A DNA stretch of 20,000 nucleotides, taken from IMG/VR virus record IMGVR_UViG_3300031847_000001, one strand, 5' to 3'. The stretch comes from an uncultured virus (IMG/VR IMGVR_UViG_3300031847_000001) (taxonomy: Duplodnaviria; Heunggongvirae; Uroviricota; Caudoviricetes). Positions 6,959 through 15,605 of the stretch are shown here, one piece after another (positions within the stretch are counted from its first letter, which is position 1; every line of letters starts with the position of its first letter). The notes under the pieces were generated by a model. It did no database searches. It had not been told where the DNA came from and saw nothing but the letters and a program-made list of their open reading frames with translations. Made by a program: the position numbers and the translations under genes.

Positions 6959-7677
6959 TCCCCTTCTCCTTCCTGCGTCGGCGCGGTGGATTCGGCGGCT
7001 GCTTTTGCGGCCAGTTCAAACTCCGCGACTTTCGTTGAGTATTGATAGGCGGCACACTCGGCAATCTCTCTTGCGTCGTTCGCCTCGGCCAACTGGCGCT
7101 CAAGCTCACCGCGTTCAACCTGCAGTCGCTTCAGTCCGTCGCCCGCGACTCGTATCTGCGCCTCAAGTTCCGCGATTCGCATGATGGCGTCAGCCTTTTC
7201 CTTGAACAGTAGAGCGTTGCGGGCATCCGCCATCTCGGCGCGCCGCTTCATTCCGGCGAATTCCTGCGCCAATCTCCGAACAGCTTGAATGGGGTCACAG
7301 ATTTGGTCGTATCCGAGCGCGTCTTGAGCCAGGTCTTTTATCTCGCGCATTACGGCTTTGAATAGCTCCTCAATGCTCGGCTTTCGCGGTTCAAAGCCGT
7401 CACACCCGCAGGCCGATACACAGCACGGGTCGTGAGTGTCGGCGCTGTGGCCGCATTCACAAATCAGTTCCGCTGCGCCGCTTCCCGCCTCGGCTGTGAA
7501 CGCTTCAGCATCCGCCCGAATCGTAGCCCTCGCGTGTGCAATGGCTTCCGCGTCGGTTGGGGGTTGCTTGATAAACTCAACGCTTTTCACGCCTGCCGCG
7601 TCCATCTCGTCGGCGTCAATTACGAGATTTCCGTTGTCGTCAATGTGTATTCCCGGTATGTAAACTGGCATTGTCAT
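6955..7677 (-). CDS. Coiled-coil protein with internal Cys/His Zn motif
   Basis: CECGHSADTHDPCCVSACGCDGF followed by heptad-rich helices; AGGAGGT RBS. Confidence 0.75.
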   Translation of the reverse strand: MTMPVYIPGIHIDDNGNLVIDADEMDAAGVKSVEFIKQPPTDAEAIAHARATIRADAEAFTAEAGSGAAELICECGHSADTHDPCCVSACGCDGFEPRKPSIEELFKAVMREIKDLAQDALGYDQICDPIQAVRRLAQEFAGMKRRAEMADARNALLFKEKADAIMRIAELEAQIRVAGDGLKRLQVERGELERQLAEANDAREIAECAAYQYSTKVAEFELAAKAAAESTAPTQEGEGE

Positions 7678-7910
7678 TGAGATACCTCCTGTTTCCGTTT
7701 CTCGAAATGCTCTCTCGCCTCGGTGTACGCTTCCTCGTATCCGTGGCCGAAGCGCTGATATAGCATTGATCGCAGACGCCCCGGCAGCGTGTTGTAGTGA
7801 GCGCGGCAGAACGTCTGCTGAGTGACCTTCTTAGCGCCGCAAAAGCATTTAGCGAGCGCCAGTTCGCGCAGGATGCGCAGGCGTTCGTCGTTGGTTAGTT
7901 CGGTGGTCAT
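7674..7910 (-). CDS. Zn-finger hypothetical protein
   Basis: CFCG...FCRAHY. Start MTTELT at 7910 overlaps the upstream TGA. Confidence 0.65.
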   Translation of the reverse strand: MTTELTNDERLRILRELALAKCFCGAKKVTQQTFCRAHYNTLPGRLRSMLYQRFGHGYEEAYTEAREHFEKRKQEVSQ

Positions 7911-8101
7911 TGATTCCCCTTCCGTCGTAATGAGAAATGAATGGGCAAACACGGCAGCAGACAGAGCCAAATGTGGAAATGCCTATCGCCTCCGTCCTTC
8001 TCCCATGTCCAATACGCCCCGATCCAGCAGTCGGCAAGTTTGAATTCCAGGGCGATCCACCATGCGTTATCCCGTCGCATTGTTATTAGAGTTTGTGACA
8101 C
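7907..8101 (-). CDS. Trp-rich hypothetical protein
   Basis: DCWIGAYW...WLCLLPCLPI; GGAGG RBS and GTG start. Confidence 0.6.
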   Translation of the reverse strand: MSQTLITMRRDNAWWIALEFKLADCWIGAYWTWEKDGGDRHFHIWLCLLPCLPIHFSLRRKGNQ

Positions 8102-8143
8102 TTCTTGCCTCCTATGCCGCGTCGGTCTGCGCGGCGGTTTCGT

Positions 8144-8344
8144 TTACATCTTTGCCCGCTTCCGCCTCAATTGCGCGGCAGCCGCCATCGCCTTGTGTGG
8201 CTCGCAATACGCGCCCCTCGGGCCTCTTGCGTGGCGACGTTCGCTAAGCGCCGCCAAATTGCCGCAGATGATGCAGTTGCCCAGTTCGCGCTGCCGTAAC
8301 TGCCATTGCCTCTGCCTGCTTACTTTTTCAGCCATAATTACCAT
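8144..8344 (-). CDS. Small basic Zn-finger protein
   Basis: GNCIICG...YCEPH, Arg-rich. Confidence 0.6.
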   Translation of the reverse strand: MVIMAEKVSRQRQWQLRQRELGNCIICGNLAALSERRHARGPRGAYCEPHKAMAAAAQLRRKRAKM

Positions 8345-8547
8345 AGCAGTCGAAGGATCATTCCGGCGCCGCCGAACACCAGGGCGACCGTGAAGGCGAG
8401 AAGAAGGACCGCGAACATTCGCGCCCTGGCGGATGTCTCAGGCTCCGACTCTTCGACGTATCGCTGCAGGGCGTCGTCGTTCAGCGGATCGGGTTGTTCG
8501 TCTGCGCGCCTAGCAATGATGATGCCGTTTGGGTTGTTGTTGAACAT
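8338..8547 (-). CDS. Small membrane protein
   Basis: C-terminal TM helix MFAVLLLAFTVALVFGGAGMILRLLW; GGAGAGG RBS. Confidence 0.65.
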   Translation of the reverse strand: MFNNNPNGIIIARRADEQPDPLNDDALQRYVEESEPETSARARMFAVLLLAFTVALVFGGAGMILRLLW

Positions 8548-8550
8548 CGT

Positions 8551-8775
8551 TTAAACCTCTCCGTGAATCTCCGGCCAATATCCGCGGCGTGCGGCGCGAT
8601 CGGCCGCGTTTCTGGCCCTTCGGCGCCTGTCGTATTCCGGCCCCAGCCTCGCCTTTCGCCTTGCGCGCTGTCGTCGGCATTGCGCGCAGCGGCGATAATG
8701 TCCAGGTGAACGCTCGCCGCATTGCAAGCAAAGGCCGAGTTCGATGCAGCGCAGTTGGAATTTGCTGTAAGGCAT
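8551..8775 (-). CDS. Small basic Zn-finger protein
   Basis: GLCLQCG...RCAQC, Arg-rich; GAGGT RBS. Confidence 0.6.
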   Translation of the reverse strand: MPYSKFQLRCIELGLCLQCGERSPGHYRRCAQCRRQRARRKARLGPEYDRRRRARNAADRAARRGYWPEIHGEV

Positions 8776-8791
8776 TCAGGTGACCTCTCTA

Positions 8792-9103
8792 TCAGTCAAG
8801 CAAACTCTCCAAAGGTTGGTCGATTAGGTCTCGCCAGAGTACATAGCGACAATGCTTGCTGTGGTAATCCTTGATGTCCTCATCGAATCCCGTTTTGTCC
8901 TTGCACTTACAGAGCAACGAGAACGCCTCCGACTTGCGAACATCGGGCGCGATCGTTTCCAGCCTTTGAACCAGCGTAGGGCGATCCTTTGGCCGGATGT
9001 TGTCCGCGCGCGCCGCGCCTACGCTTAGGAGCACGCATGTAACGGACGCTTGCGACAATCCACGGTTCAATGCAATCTCCGCAATCTCTCTTTCAAAAGT
9101 CAT
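8792..9103 (-). CDS. Hypothetical protein
   Basis: 103 aa; AAGGAG RBS. Confidence 0.7.
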   Translation of the reverse strand: MTFEREIAEIALNRGLSQASVTCVLLSVGAARADNIRPKDRPTLVQRLETIAPDVRKSEAFSLLCKCKDKTGFDEDIKDYHSKHCRYVLWRDLIDQPLESLLD

Positions 9104-9109
9104 TTGTCG

Positions 9110-9475
9110 TCAATCTCCTTGCGCTCGTCGAAACTCTATAAACTGCGCCAGGTACGGGTGTTTCTCGACCAGCATTCGGCCGAGGTGCGAGGTGTACGAA
9201 TTATTGATCCGGAAGCCTTCTTCGTCCTTCTCCCAACTGGCCATCACTTGCCACCTTACCCTTTCGGCCAGAGCCTTCATCCCGAATCGCCGATCCCGTT
9301 CCGCCATCTCGAGCGCGAACTTTTCGAAGAGTTTGAAAACTTCCGGATGTTCTCTCGCCCACTCTTCCGCCTTTTCGCGGTAGGTGCGCTCTACACTTTC
9401 GCGATATGCGCGCTGTGCGGCTTTGTCGCCAGCGGCTCTGGCTTCTGCTTCCTCAATACACTCCAACAAAGTCAT
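9110..9475 (-). CDS. Phage hypothetical protein
   Basis: HPEVFKLFEKFALE...ALAERVRW...FRINNSY looks like a recurrent phage family. Confidence 0.75.
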   Translation of the reverse strand: MTLLECIEEAEARAAGDKAAQRAYRESVERTYREKAEEWAREHPEVFKLFEKFALEMAERDRRFGMKALAERVRWQVMASWEKDEEGFRINNSYTSHLGRMLVEKHPYLAQFIEFRRAQGD

Positions 9476-9480
9476 ATCGC

Positions 9481-9981
9481 TTACCTGCTGGCCACTTGCG
9501 CCAGGATTTCTACATATCCCTTAACCTCCGACGTCGCCGGCGCGTCAAACAGCGCCTTGACCCCACGCCGGCGCATCAACCGATGCACTTTTTCCTGATA
9601 TGTCCCATATCCAAATTCCCTTATAAACATCATCCGCGCTCGCTTCTTCTGAATCGGCGTCGCGCGCAAGATGGCGTCGCTGGGCTCGATGGGGGCGCCA
9701 GGCTCGACGTAATCGCGCTCGCTGGCGTGGATGAGGGCGCGAATGATGATGCCGGGACGCCACTCCTTTGAGCCGGGCTTGTTGCGGTACTGGTACCACC
9801 AGAGGGCAGTCCAGATGTTGACCTTGTTCAGACCGTAAACCTCAGACCAGAGCCGATCTGCGCGTGGCCAAAACTGCATGGCCGCCACCCATTCATCAGG
9901 GGTCCAAACGCCTTCAATCTGGACTTGCGCGAGGTAGGCGCGGACGGTGGCGAGTTGCTGTTTGGTGAATTCAGTTTGCAT
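9481..9981 (-). CDS. Hypothetical protein
   Basis: 166-aa ORF overlapping the end of the MTase gene. Confidence 0.7.
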   Translation of the reverse strand: MQTEFTKQQLATVRAYLAQVQIEGVWTPDEWVAAMQFWPRADRLWSEVYGLNKVNIWTALWWYQYRNKPGSKEWRPGIIIRALIHASERDYVEPGAPIEPSDAILRATPIQKKRARMMFIREFGYGTYQEKVHRLMRRRGVKALFDAPATSEVKGYVEILAQVASR

Positions 9982-11176
9982 TGCTTTCGAAATGGTTGAT
10001 CATTCGGCCTAAGACTTCCGCGCATTGCGGAACAACGGCATTACCCAAAGCCTTCAGCGCGGCCACTCGACGCCTTCCAGCCAATCGGGCGGAAACCCCA
10101 TTAATTGAGCCACCCACTTGTGATTGAGCCTCAATGACGCGCGGTTCTTCCCATTCGCGCTGGGGTTCTCCGGGTCGTGCCGGCCAACTTGCTCGGACAA
10201 TGGGCGCGAGTTCTTCGAGTATGTCGCCTCGCTCGCGTGAATGCTCTTGTGATCGCGCGCCGTTGGGGTTGCCCAGGGCAACCCCTGAACTACGGCGGTC
10301 TGAAGATTCAGACCGCCGTCCCTTCCCTGGTGGCCCGCCCCCGTTGAGCAATTCGCATGTGGCGTCGGCCACTGCTTCACCGCGAAATTCAGATCCACCT
10401 GGCGCTTCTTCCCGTCCGGCGTTTGACCTGTCAGATCCATTCCGCCCTTGGGTTGCCGTCCGCCGCTCGGAAGGGTCGGGGTTGGCCACATCTGAACCGC
10501 AGACGGCAGCATCAAGTCGCCCTTGCTGCCCCGCTGATTCGGCCCACCCTTTGAGCCGTCCGTTGCTCGTGGTGATGGCCAGGCCATCACCACGCCTTTC
10601 AAGTTCGTGCCGTGTTTGCCGCTCCGTTCGTGATTCGTCGGCGCTGTCGCGTTCTGTCCGCCCGTGCTGGCCGTGACGCATGGCCACGAACCACACTCGC
10701 TCTCTTCTATGCGGCGCGCCAACGTCCTCAGCAGCCAGTTCGATGGGCAGGAGGTCGTAACCTCGATTCGCAAACTCACGCGCAATCCACTGGCTGAATT
10801 CCACTCCCTCAACGTCAATGCTAAGGACTCCGCGAGGGTTCTCGGCCAACACCCACATGGGACTGATTTCAGACACCAGGCGCAAAAAGTGAGGCCAGAG
10901 CCAGCGATCATCGGCGGCGCCTCGTCGTTGTCCGGCAACGCTGCTTGGCTGGCAGGGCGGGCCTCCGACGAGTGCGTCAATTCGTCCGCAGTGATCAGAA
11001 ACAAGTTGCCCTGTGAGTGTTTTGACATCGTTCCATCTCCAAATCTCCGGCCAGTGTTTTTCAAGTACGGCATTGCAAAATGGCTCAAGTTCGCATTGAC
11101 CAACGCATTGCCAATTCGCCCTTTCGAGTCCCAGATCAAAACCGCCGATCCCGCTGAATGTGCTGAAAAATCTCAT
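9971..11176 (-). CDS. DNA (cytosine-5) methyltransferase, alpha polypeptide
   Basis: Motif I FSGIGG, motif IV GGPPCQ, motif VI ENP, motif VIII PHRRERVWFVA, motif X ALGNAVVPQ. No motif IX in this frame. Confidence 0.92.
   Translation of the reverse strand: MRFFSTFSGIGGFDLGLERANWQCVGQCELEPFCNAVLEKHWPEIWRWNDVKTLTGQLVSDHCGRIDALVGGPPCQPSSVAGQRRGAADDRWLWPHFLRLVSEISPMWVLAENPRGVLSIDVEGVEFSQWIAREFANRGYDLLPIELAAEDVGAPHRRERVWFVAMRHGQHGRTERDSADESRTERQTRHELERRGDGLAITTSNGRLKGWAESAGQQGRLDAAVCGSDVANPDPSERRTATQGRNGSDRSNAGREEAPGGSEFRGEAVADATCELLNGGGPPGKGRRSESSDRRSSGVALGNPNGARSQEHSRERGDILEELAPIVRASWPARPGEPQREWEEPRVIEAQSQVGGSINGVSARLAGRRRVAALKALGNAVVPQCAEVLGRMINHFESNAN
10054..11028 (-). CDS. Overlapping-frame beta polypeptide of the C5 MTase (WPTP repeats + motif IX-like segment)
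   Basis: Alternative frame open over 1 kb inside the MTase. GGAG RBS before ATG 11028. Five W(P/A)(T/S/C)(P/V) repeats; ends LNHKWVAQLMGFPPDWL. Confidence 0.75.
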   Translation of the reverse strand: MSKHSQGNLFLITADELTHSSEARPASQAALPDNDEAPPMIAGSGLTFCAWCLKSVPCGCWPRTLAESLALTLREWNSASGLRVSLRIEVTTSCPSNWLLRTLARRIEESECGSWPCVTASTGGQNATAPTNHERSGKHGTNLKGVVMAWPSPRATDGSKGGPNQRGSKGDLMLPSAVQMWPTPTLPSGGRQPKGGMDLTGQTPDGKKRQVDLNFAVKQWPTPHANCSTGAGHQGRDGGLNLQTAVVQGLPWATPTARDHKSIHASEATYSKNSRPLSEQVGRHDPENPSANGKNRASLRLNHKWVAQLMGFPPDWLEGVEWPR

Positions 11177-11294
11177 CGTCTTTCATTGCGAGACGGACGG
11201 CCTCGATCGCACCCACAATCTTGACCGTCCGTCCGCCCATCAGCGCCCCTCGAACGCTCCCCCTTTTGCCAAGAGGCGCCGATAACTCAATTCG

Positions 11295-11549
11295 TTAAAC
11301 TTTCCAGCCATTAACAACGACGCAATGGCCTTGCGGCTTTATCAGCAAGGCTTCTTCGCGTTCGAGTCGAGCCAGCGCCTGCCCTTTGCGCTTTGCCAAC
11401 TGCTTCGCGTAGTCGTGGCAGAGTTCGGCTTGCTCCGGGTTCTCATCGGCTTGCTGATTGGCCCAGGCAATCCCCTTCTCTAAACTGGCTATTTCGGTTC
11501 TGAGTTCATCGGCTGTTGTTTGCATTGGCTTCTCCGTGGCTTGATTCAC
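11295..11549 (-). CDS. Hypothetical helical protein
   Basis: First ORF after promoter 11573-11600. The start may be ATG 11525 after GGAG. Confidence 0.65.
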   Translation of the reverse strand: MNQATEKPMQTTADELRTEIASLEKGIAWANQQADENPEQAELCHDYAKQLAKRKGQALARLEREEALLIKPQGHCVVVNGWKV

Positions 11550-11610
11550 CGTGTAACATCGAATGAGGCTACATTATAGGGGACAAAAATAGAGCGTCAA
11601 GCGTTTTCTT
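11550..11610 (-). promoter_or_regulatory. Sigma70-like promoter with downstream operator
   Basis: AAGAAAACGC-TTGACG-16nt-TATAAT, followed by CCTCATTCGATG-TTACACG. Confidence 0.75.
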
Positions 11611-12082
11611 ATTGCACCCCCAAAATATGACGCTGCGCGATCATTCCATTGTCCAGATAGGCCTCAATGACCATCTTGGCGCTTTCCCATCCCACGCAGA
11701 CGCAGGCGTAATAACCCTGGGCGGTGAGATCCTTGATCCATTTGCCTTGTGAGTCGCTTGGCTTCCCGCCAGGCGCCTTGAGTTCGATGTACAAACCGTG
11801 AAACCTACCGCGCGCAACTGGCATGCAAATATCTGGTACGCCAGCCTTGACGCCTTCGGCTTTAAGTTTGCCAGCCGTCGCCTTGTTGCGTTTGCCACCG
11901 TTGGGGATCGCGAACAAAAGCGCGAGTTCGGGGACTCTCTTTTCTCGCATCCTTGCCCACTTGAAAAGCGCGACCTGCTCCTGGTGTTCCCTGTCGGATG
12001 ACGGCTTTCTTTTCGGTTTCAGATCGGCGGCGGTAAGTCGCCGCCAATTAGGTTCATCCTGGCTTTTAATTACTATTGGCAT
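11609..12082 (-). CDS. VRR-NUC domain nuclease
   Basis: EHQEQ...FAIPNGGKR...GVKAGVPD...LYIELK...Q..W PD-(D/E)xK pattern. Start reassigned to ATG 12082 after GAGGG. Confidence 0.9.
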   Translation of the reverse strand: MPIVIKSQDEPNWRRLTAADLKPKRKPSSDREHQEQVALFKWARMREKRVPELALLFAIPNGGKRNKATAGKLKAEGVKAGVPDICMPVARGRFHGLYIELKAPGGKPSDSQGKWIKDLTAQGYYACVCVGWESAKMVIEAYLDNGMIAQRHILGVQ

Positions 12083-12458
12083 GTTCCCTCTCGTCTTCGG
12101 TGATGTTGGCGCGTTCCGCATCCGCTTTCTGCATGGAAATAATCAGATTCTCGAAATCTGTCGCCCTCTGTTCTTTCGTCGAGAGAACATCAAATAAACC
12201 GATCATTGCGCACATACCCTCCGGGCTGAGATTAAAAGTGATTGAATCCCTTCCCTTCGGGTTCTCCGGGTTGATAAAGTTGCAATGCCAGATTCTCTCG
12301 AAGTGAGCCACTAAGAGAATCCGGCCGCCGCTGAGCAATATATTGCCGCAGTGATGAAACCTGCCGTAAAACTCTTCCATCTTCTCGACCCAGCCCAGCA
12401 TTTCTGGAAATTCTTCGAGAAATTCCTCGCGCGTTTTGCCTTTCTTCTCTATTTTCAT
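12066..12458 (-). CDS. Hypothetical protein
   Basis: 130-aa ORF, packed in the operon. Confidence 0.65.
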   Translation of the reverse strand: MKIEKKGKTREEFLEEFPEMLGWVEKMEEFYGRFHHCGNILLSGGRILLVAHFERIWHCNFINPENPKGRDSITFNLSPEGMCAMIGLFDVLSTKEQRATDFENLIISMQKADAERANITEDEREHANSN

Positions 12459-12476
12459 TATCTATTCCCTTCTGTA

Positions 12477-12827
12477 TCACCAAATCGTCATATCCTTTGC
12501 TCGGCCGCTTCCGTAGCAAGACGAGCAACGAACGTACTCGCCCTCGCAGTTGTTAATCGGGTCGTCTTCGTATCCGTCCACGTACCCATCGCCAGAGCAA
12601 TGCCAGCAATCACCATTGCCTTCGCAATCATCGTTCTCGTAATAATCGTCACTGTCGTAATCCTCCCAGGGCGCGCAGTCGAAGGCGTAGAACGTATCGC
12701 ACTTTTTGCATTCGGTTCCGTAATACGTTTCAATCCATCGGTGTTGGCAGTTGTGCGTGCGTATGTATTCCGTTTGCTGCGCTTTCCTGCGACGTCGTTG
12801 ATTCAATACTCGCCATCGTGTCGCCAT
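12477..12827 (-). CDS. Cys-rich protein with DnaJ-type CxxCxGxG repeats
   Basis: CWHCSGDG and CSSCYGSG. AAGGAG RBS and TAATG coupling at 12827. Confidence 0.7.
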   Translation of the reverse strand: MATRWRVLNQRRRRKAQQTEYIRTHNCQHRWIETYYGTECKKCDTFYAFDCAPWEDYDSDDYYENDDCEGNGDCWHCSGDGYVDGYEDDPINNCEGEYVRCSSCYGSGRAKDMTIW

Positions 12828-12931
12828 TACCGATTCTCCTTTTTGGCAGCGTCCTTCTCGTCCAGCCATATGCCGACGTTGACGACTACGCCAGCGATCA
12901 ATATGCAAAGTAAGAATTCCAGTTCCGACAT
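12827..12931 (-). CDS. 34-aa single-TM peptide
   Basis: Below the ORF-track cutoff. AGGAG RBS; MSELEFLLCILIAGVVVNVGIWLDEKDAAKKENR*; the stop overlaps the next ATG. Confidence 0.6.
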   Translation of the reverse strand: MSELEFLLCILIAGVVVNVGIWLDEKDAAKKENR

Positions 12932-12940
12932 AGAAATCTC

Positions 12941-14137
12941 CTAAAGGCTAAAAAGCGTCGCCTCTTCCTCTTTGACCAACGGCAAAAACAGATCGCCGTA
13001 AGCCTGGCGCTCGGCCTCGAGCAAACGCGTTTCAGCGCTCAAGCAGTCCTTCGGGTTCACCTCAATCCCGACATACTCGCGCCCCAACTTGAGCGCGGCT
13101 TCACCAGTCGTTCCCGTGCCGGAAAAGGGATCAAGCACAACGCAGGGCACAGGGTCGCCGATAGCACAGCCACAAGACGGACCCCAGCCCTTCGTAAGGG
13201 TCTGAACTGTTCGGGGTTGTTGCCCGACGGCAGACAGTCCATTGACCGCCTCGAGCGTTTTGCCCTTAGCGAACGAGCTGCCGTTGAAACTCTTTGGCTC
13301 GCCCTTCACCCTCTCGATGATTCGCACATAAGGCCGGCCGCACACGGAGCAGCATCCGCGCTCGCTTGTGCCTGCCTGAATACAAACAGTCGGAAGCGCT
13401 GACGGGAAAGCGGCGTAATGGAGTGCGGGATTTGGCTCCGACGGTATGGACCAGACCGCGCGCAGGTTGCGCATTTCGGGGTAATAGCGCCCATTCGTTT
13501 CCATATAGGCGCTGAGCCGTTCGCCGGCTGAGCTATTGCCGTCGCCCTTTCGTGGGTTTGTTTTTACCGTCAGAGTCTTTGGTGAGCATGGTTGCTTCAC
13601 CGCCTCGGCGTCGTAGTAGTAATGTGGGCGCTGAGTGAAAAGAAAAACCTTCTCGTAGTCATTCGAGGGCCGATCTCGAACGCTCTCGGGCTTTTTCGTC
13701 GGGTTGTGCCAGATGATTTCGCTGCGGAGAATCCAGCCATCATCCTGCATCGCGATCGCGAACCGGGCCGGGATCATCATCAGGCTCTTCGGCGGGAGTC
13801 CTGTGCGGCGCTTCGTGCGTTGACCCTGGTATCCGCCGGCGGCGCTATCTGCATTCTTGTTGCCCGATTTGCCGCCCCACTTCGTATCGTTCGCGTAAGT
13901 GTCGCCAAGGTTTACCCATAAGGTTCCGTCTAGCCTGAGCACGCGCCGGATCTCGCCGAAGACCTTGACCAGTTTGGCAATAAATTCTCCAGGCGTCGCT
14001 TCAAGCCCGATCTGACCATCAATGCCATAATCCCGCTGCCAAAGGTACGGTGGCGAGGTCACGACGCAATGAACCGACGCGTCTGGCAGCCGGCGCAGCC
14101 CTTCGATTACGTCCGCATTGATGATCTGAAAGTTCAT
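12941..14137 (-). CDS. Site-specific DNA amino-methyltransferase (beta class, N4C/N6A)
   Basis: Catalytic TSPPY precedes SAM-binding LDPFSGTGTT. HYAAFP and a CCSVC...SCGC insertion are also present. Confidence 0.92.
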   Translation of the reverse strand: MNFQIINADVIEGLRRLPDASVHCVVTSPPYLWQRDYGIDGQIGLEATPGEFIAKLVKVFGEIRRVLRLDGTLWVNLGDTYANDTKWGGKSGNKNADSAAGGYQGQRTKRRTGLPPKSLMMIPARFAIAMQDDGWILRSEIIWHNPTKKPESVRDRPSNDYEKVFLFTQRPHYYYDAEAVKQPCSPKTLTVKTNPRKGDGNSSAGERLSAYMETNGRYYPEMRNLRAVWSIPSEPNPALHYAAFPSALPTVCIQAGTSERGCCSVCGRPYVRIIERVKGEPKSFNGSSFAKGKTLEAVNGLSAVGQQPRTVQTLTKGWGPSCGCAIGDPVPCVVLDPFSGTGTTGEAALKLGREYVGIEVNPKDCLSAETRLLEAERQAYGDLFLPLVKEEEATLFSL

Positions 14138-14141
14138 TCGC

Positions 14142-14753
14142 TTAACCTAAAGTGATAATCTCCACCTTTTTGCATTCCTTCGGCTCCGGCTCGAACAGAT
14201 ACGCATTCTGCTCAAACACCACCGCGACGATGCGATCCGAGTTCCGAAAGCCGTCCTCGTCGTACAGTTTCCCCACCTGATAGACGCCCCAGACATCGCC
14301 GTTCGTGCTACGCTCGCACGCGCGCACAATGGCGTCGTTGAGAACCGTGAATCTCTCGTTCGAGTCGCCGCCGTGCCAGCCGTCGAGAAGCGTGCCGTTG
14401 TAGAACTCGCGTTCGTAGTCTTCGTCGCATTCGAAGGGAAAGGCGGTTGACTGGGAGGTTTCGGTGATACTCTCGGCAGTCATCCCGGTTTGCATCCGCA
14501 GGGATGTTTCCGCGTCGAACGGTTCGACTGTGAATTCGTCGGCCTTGTGTGGGTTGGCGCATCTATCGGAGCAAAGAAAGTCGAGATAGCCTTGCGTCTC
14601 TTCCTGTGACATAAACCTATAAAATCCCTGCTCCGGTTGCTCGCTCATGGGATGCCAGAATCCGAGCCCCAGAAATTCACCTTGAAATACGCCCCATTCT
14701 TTGTGGCGCAGCTGATAGCCTTCGATTGCCTTATCTGCATATGCGGACGTCAT
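14142..14753 (-). CDS. Hypothetical protein
   Basis: Start probably ATG 14753 (MTSAYADK) after AAGGA. Confidence 0.7.
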   Translation of the reverse strand: MTSAYADKAIEGYQLRHKEWGVFQGEFLGLGFWHPMSEQPEQGFYRFMSQEETQGYLDFLCSDRCANPHKADEFTVEPFDAETSLRMQTGMTAESITETSQSTAFPFECDEDYEREFYNGTLLDGWHGGDSNERFTVLNDAIVRACERSTNGDVWGVYQVGKLYDEDGFRNSDRIVAVVFEQNAYLFEPEPKECKKVEIITLG

Positions 14754-14997
14754 ATTGCTTTTCCTTTCTAGGCTTCTGTTGTCTCTGGTCGCGCTTGGCC
14801 AAGTATTCCGCGCGTTGCTTGTTGCTCTCCCGCCAGCGCCTTCTCTGCTCGAGTCGAAGCGGGCAAACTGGATCTTCCACCCCCACGCAGTCGTCGAGCG
14901 CGCAACACAGGCATATCGGATCACGCTCGACGACTTTCATGCTGATGTTCACCAGATCACCAGCGCGCAGGGAAATTGATTCGCAAAGTTTGGGCAT
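14731..14997 (-). CDS. Cys-containing basic hypothetical protein
   Basis: ICLCCALDDC...CPL followed by an Arg-rich helix. Start uncertain. Confidence 0.5.
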   Translation of the reverse strand: MPKLCESISLRAGDLVNISMKVVERDPICLCCALDDCVGVEDPVCPLRLEQRRRWRESNKQRAEYLAKRDQRQQKPRKEKQYDVRICR

Positions 14998-15443
14998 TTG
15001 AATCTGTTCGACATCGCCAGGGCGGGCGATTTTGAGCAACCAAAACCAGCGCTCGCCCCGGCGCTTTGGCCAGTTTTTGAGACCGGCCAAACTTAAAATT
15101 GGCGGCGCGGAGGCGCTTCCGGGCTTTACGCGGTTGCTGCCTTTGGCCAGTCCCTCCACTGCCGCCAAGGTGTTTTGGCCGCCGGCGGGTTCTCCCGCTC
15201 GCGCCGCTCATAGGGATTCATCCGGTATAGAGAGTCTGCCCTTTCGGGTAGAGTTCAATCGCACGGAACAGGTTCCCAACGGCGGGAAGTGCTAAAAAGC
15301 CTCCGCAGCCAAACTTGGAAGGGAGCAATACGCCCCGGTCGCAGCCGTTCCCATGAACCGGAAAACCGCTCTGGCCATTCGGCGCGGACTTTAATTCTTT
15401 TCCGCGAGGGCGTCCGTTTTGCTGTGGCTCGCTCCCTATAACT

Positions 15444-15479
15444 GTTCAAAGATCATTGCCGGTCTCTCCCGGCTGTCAC
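15444..15479 (-). promoter_or_regulatory. Hairpin + boxA-like element (nut-like), copy 2
   Basis: GTGACA-GCCGG-GAGAGA-CCGGC-AAT-GATCTTTGAACA. Confidence 0.6.
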
Positions 15480-15605
15480 GCGAACGGTTGTCGGCTACTG
15501 GCAGGACATCGCGTATCTGCTCTTCGCCCCGTGCCGACTTGAGCGCACGCTATTTCGACGTTACGTGCGGGATGTCGCGCCATTGCTGGCGGGCCGAATC
15601 ATCGA

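Noticed and set aside
11609..12082. VRR-NUC as the restriction partner of the flanking methyltransferases
   Set aside because: Stand-alone phage VRR-NUC proteins are typically junction or flap nucleases of replication modules, and nothing here indicates a restriction-modification pair.
15260..15330. Plus-strand AAAGCCTCCG resembling a c-di-GMP-I riboswitch segment
   Set aside because: The GGCAAA/GAAA P2 elements are missing and it lies antisense to the operon.
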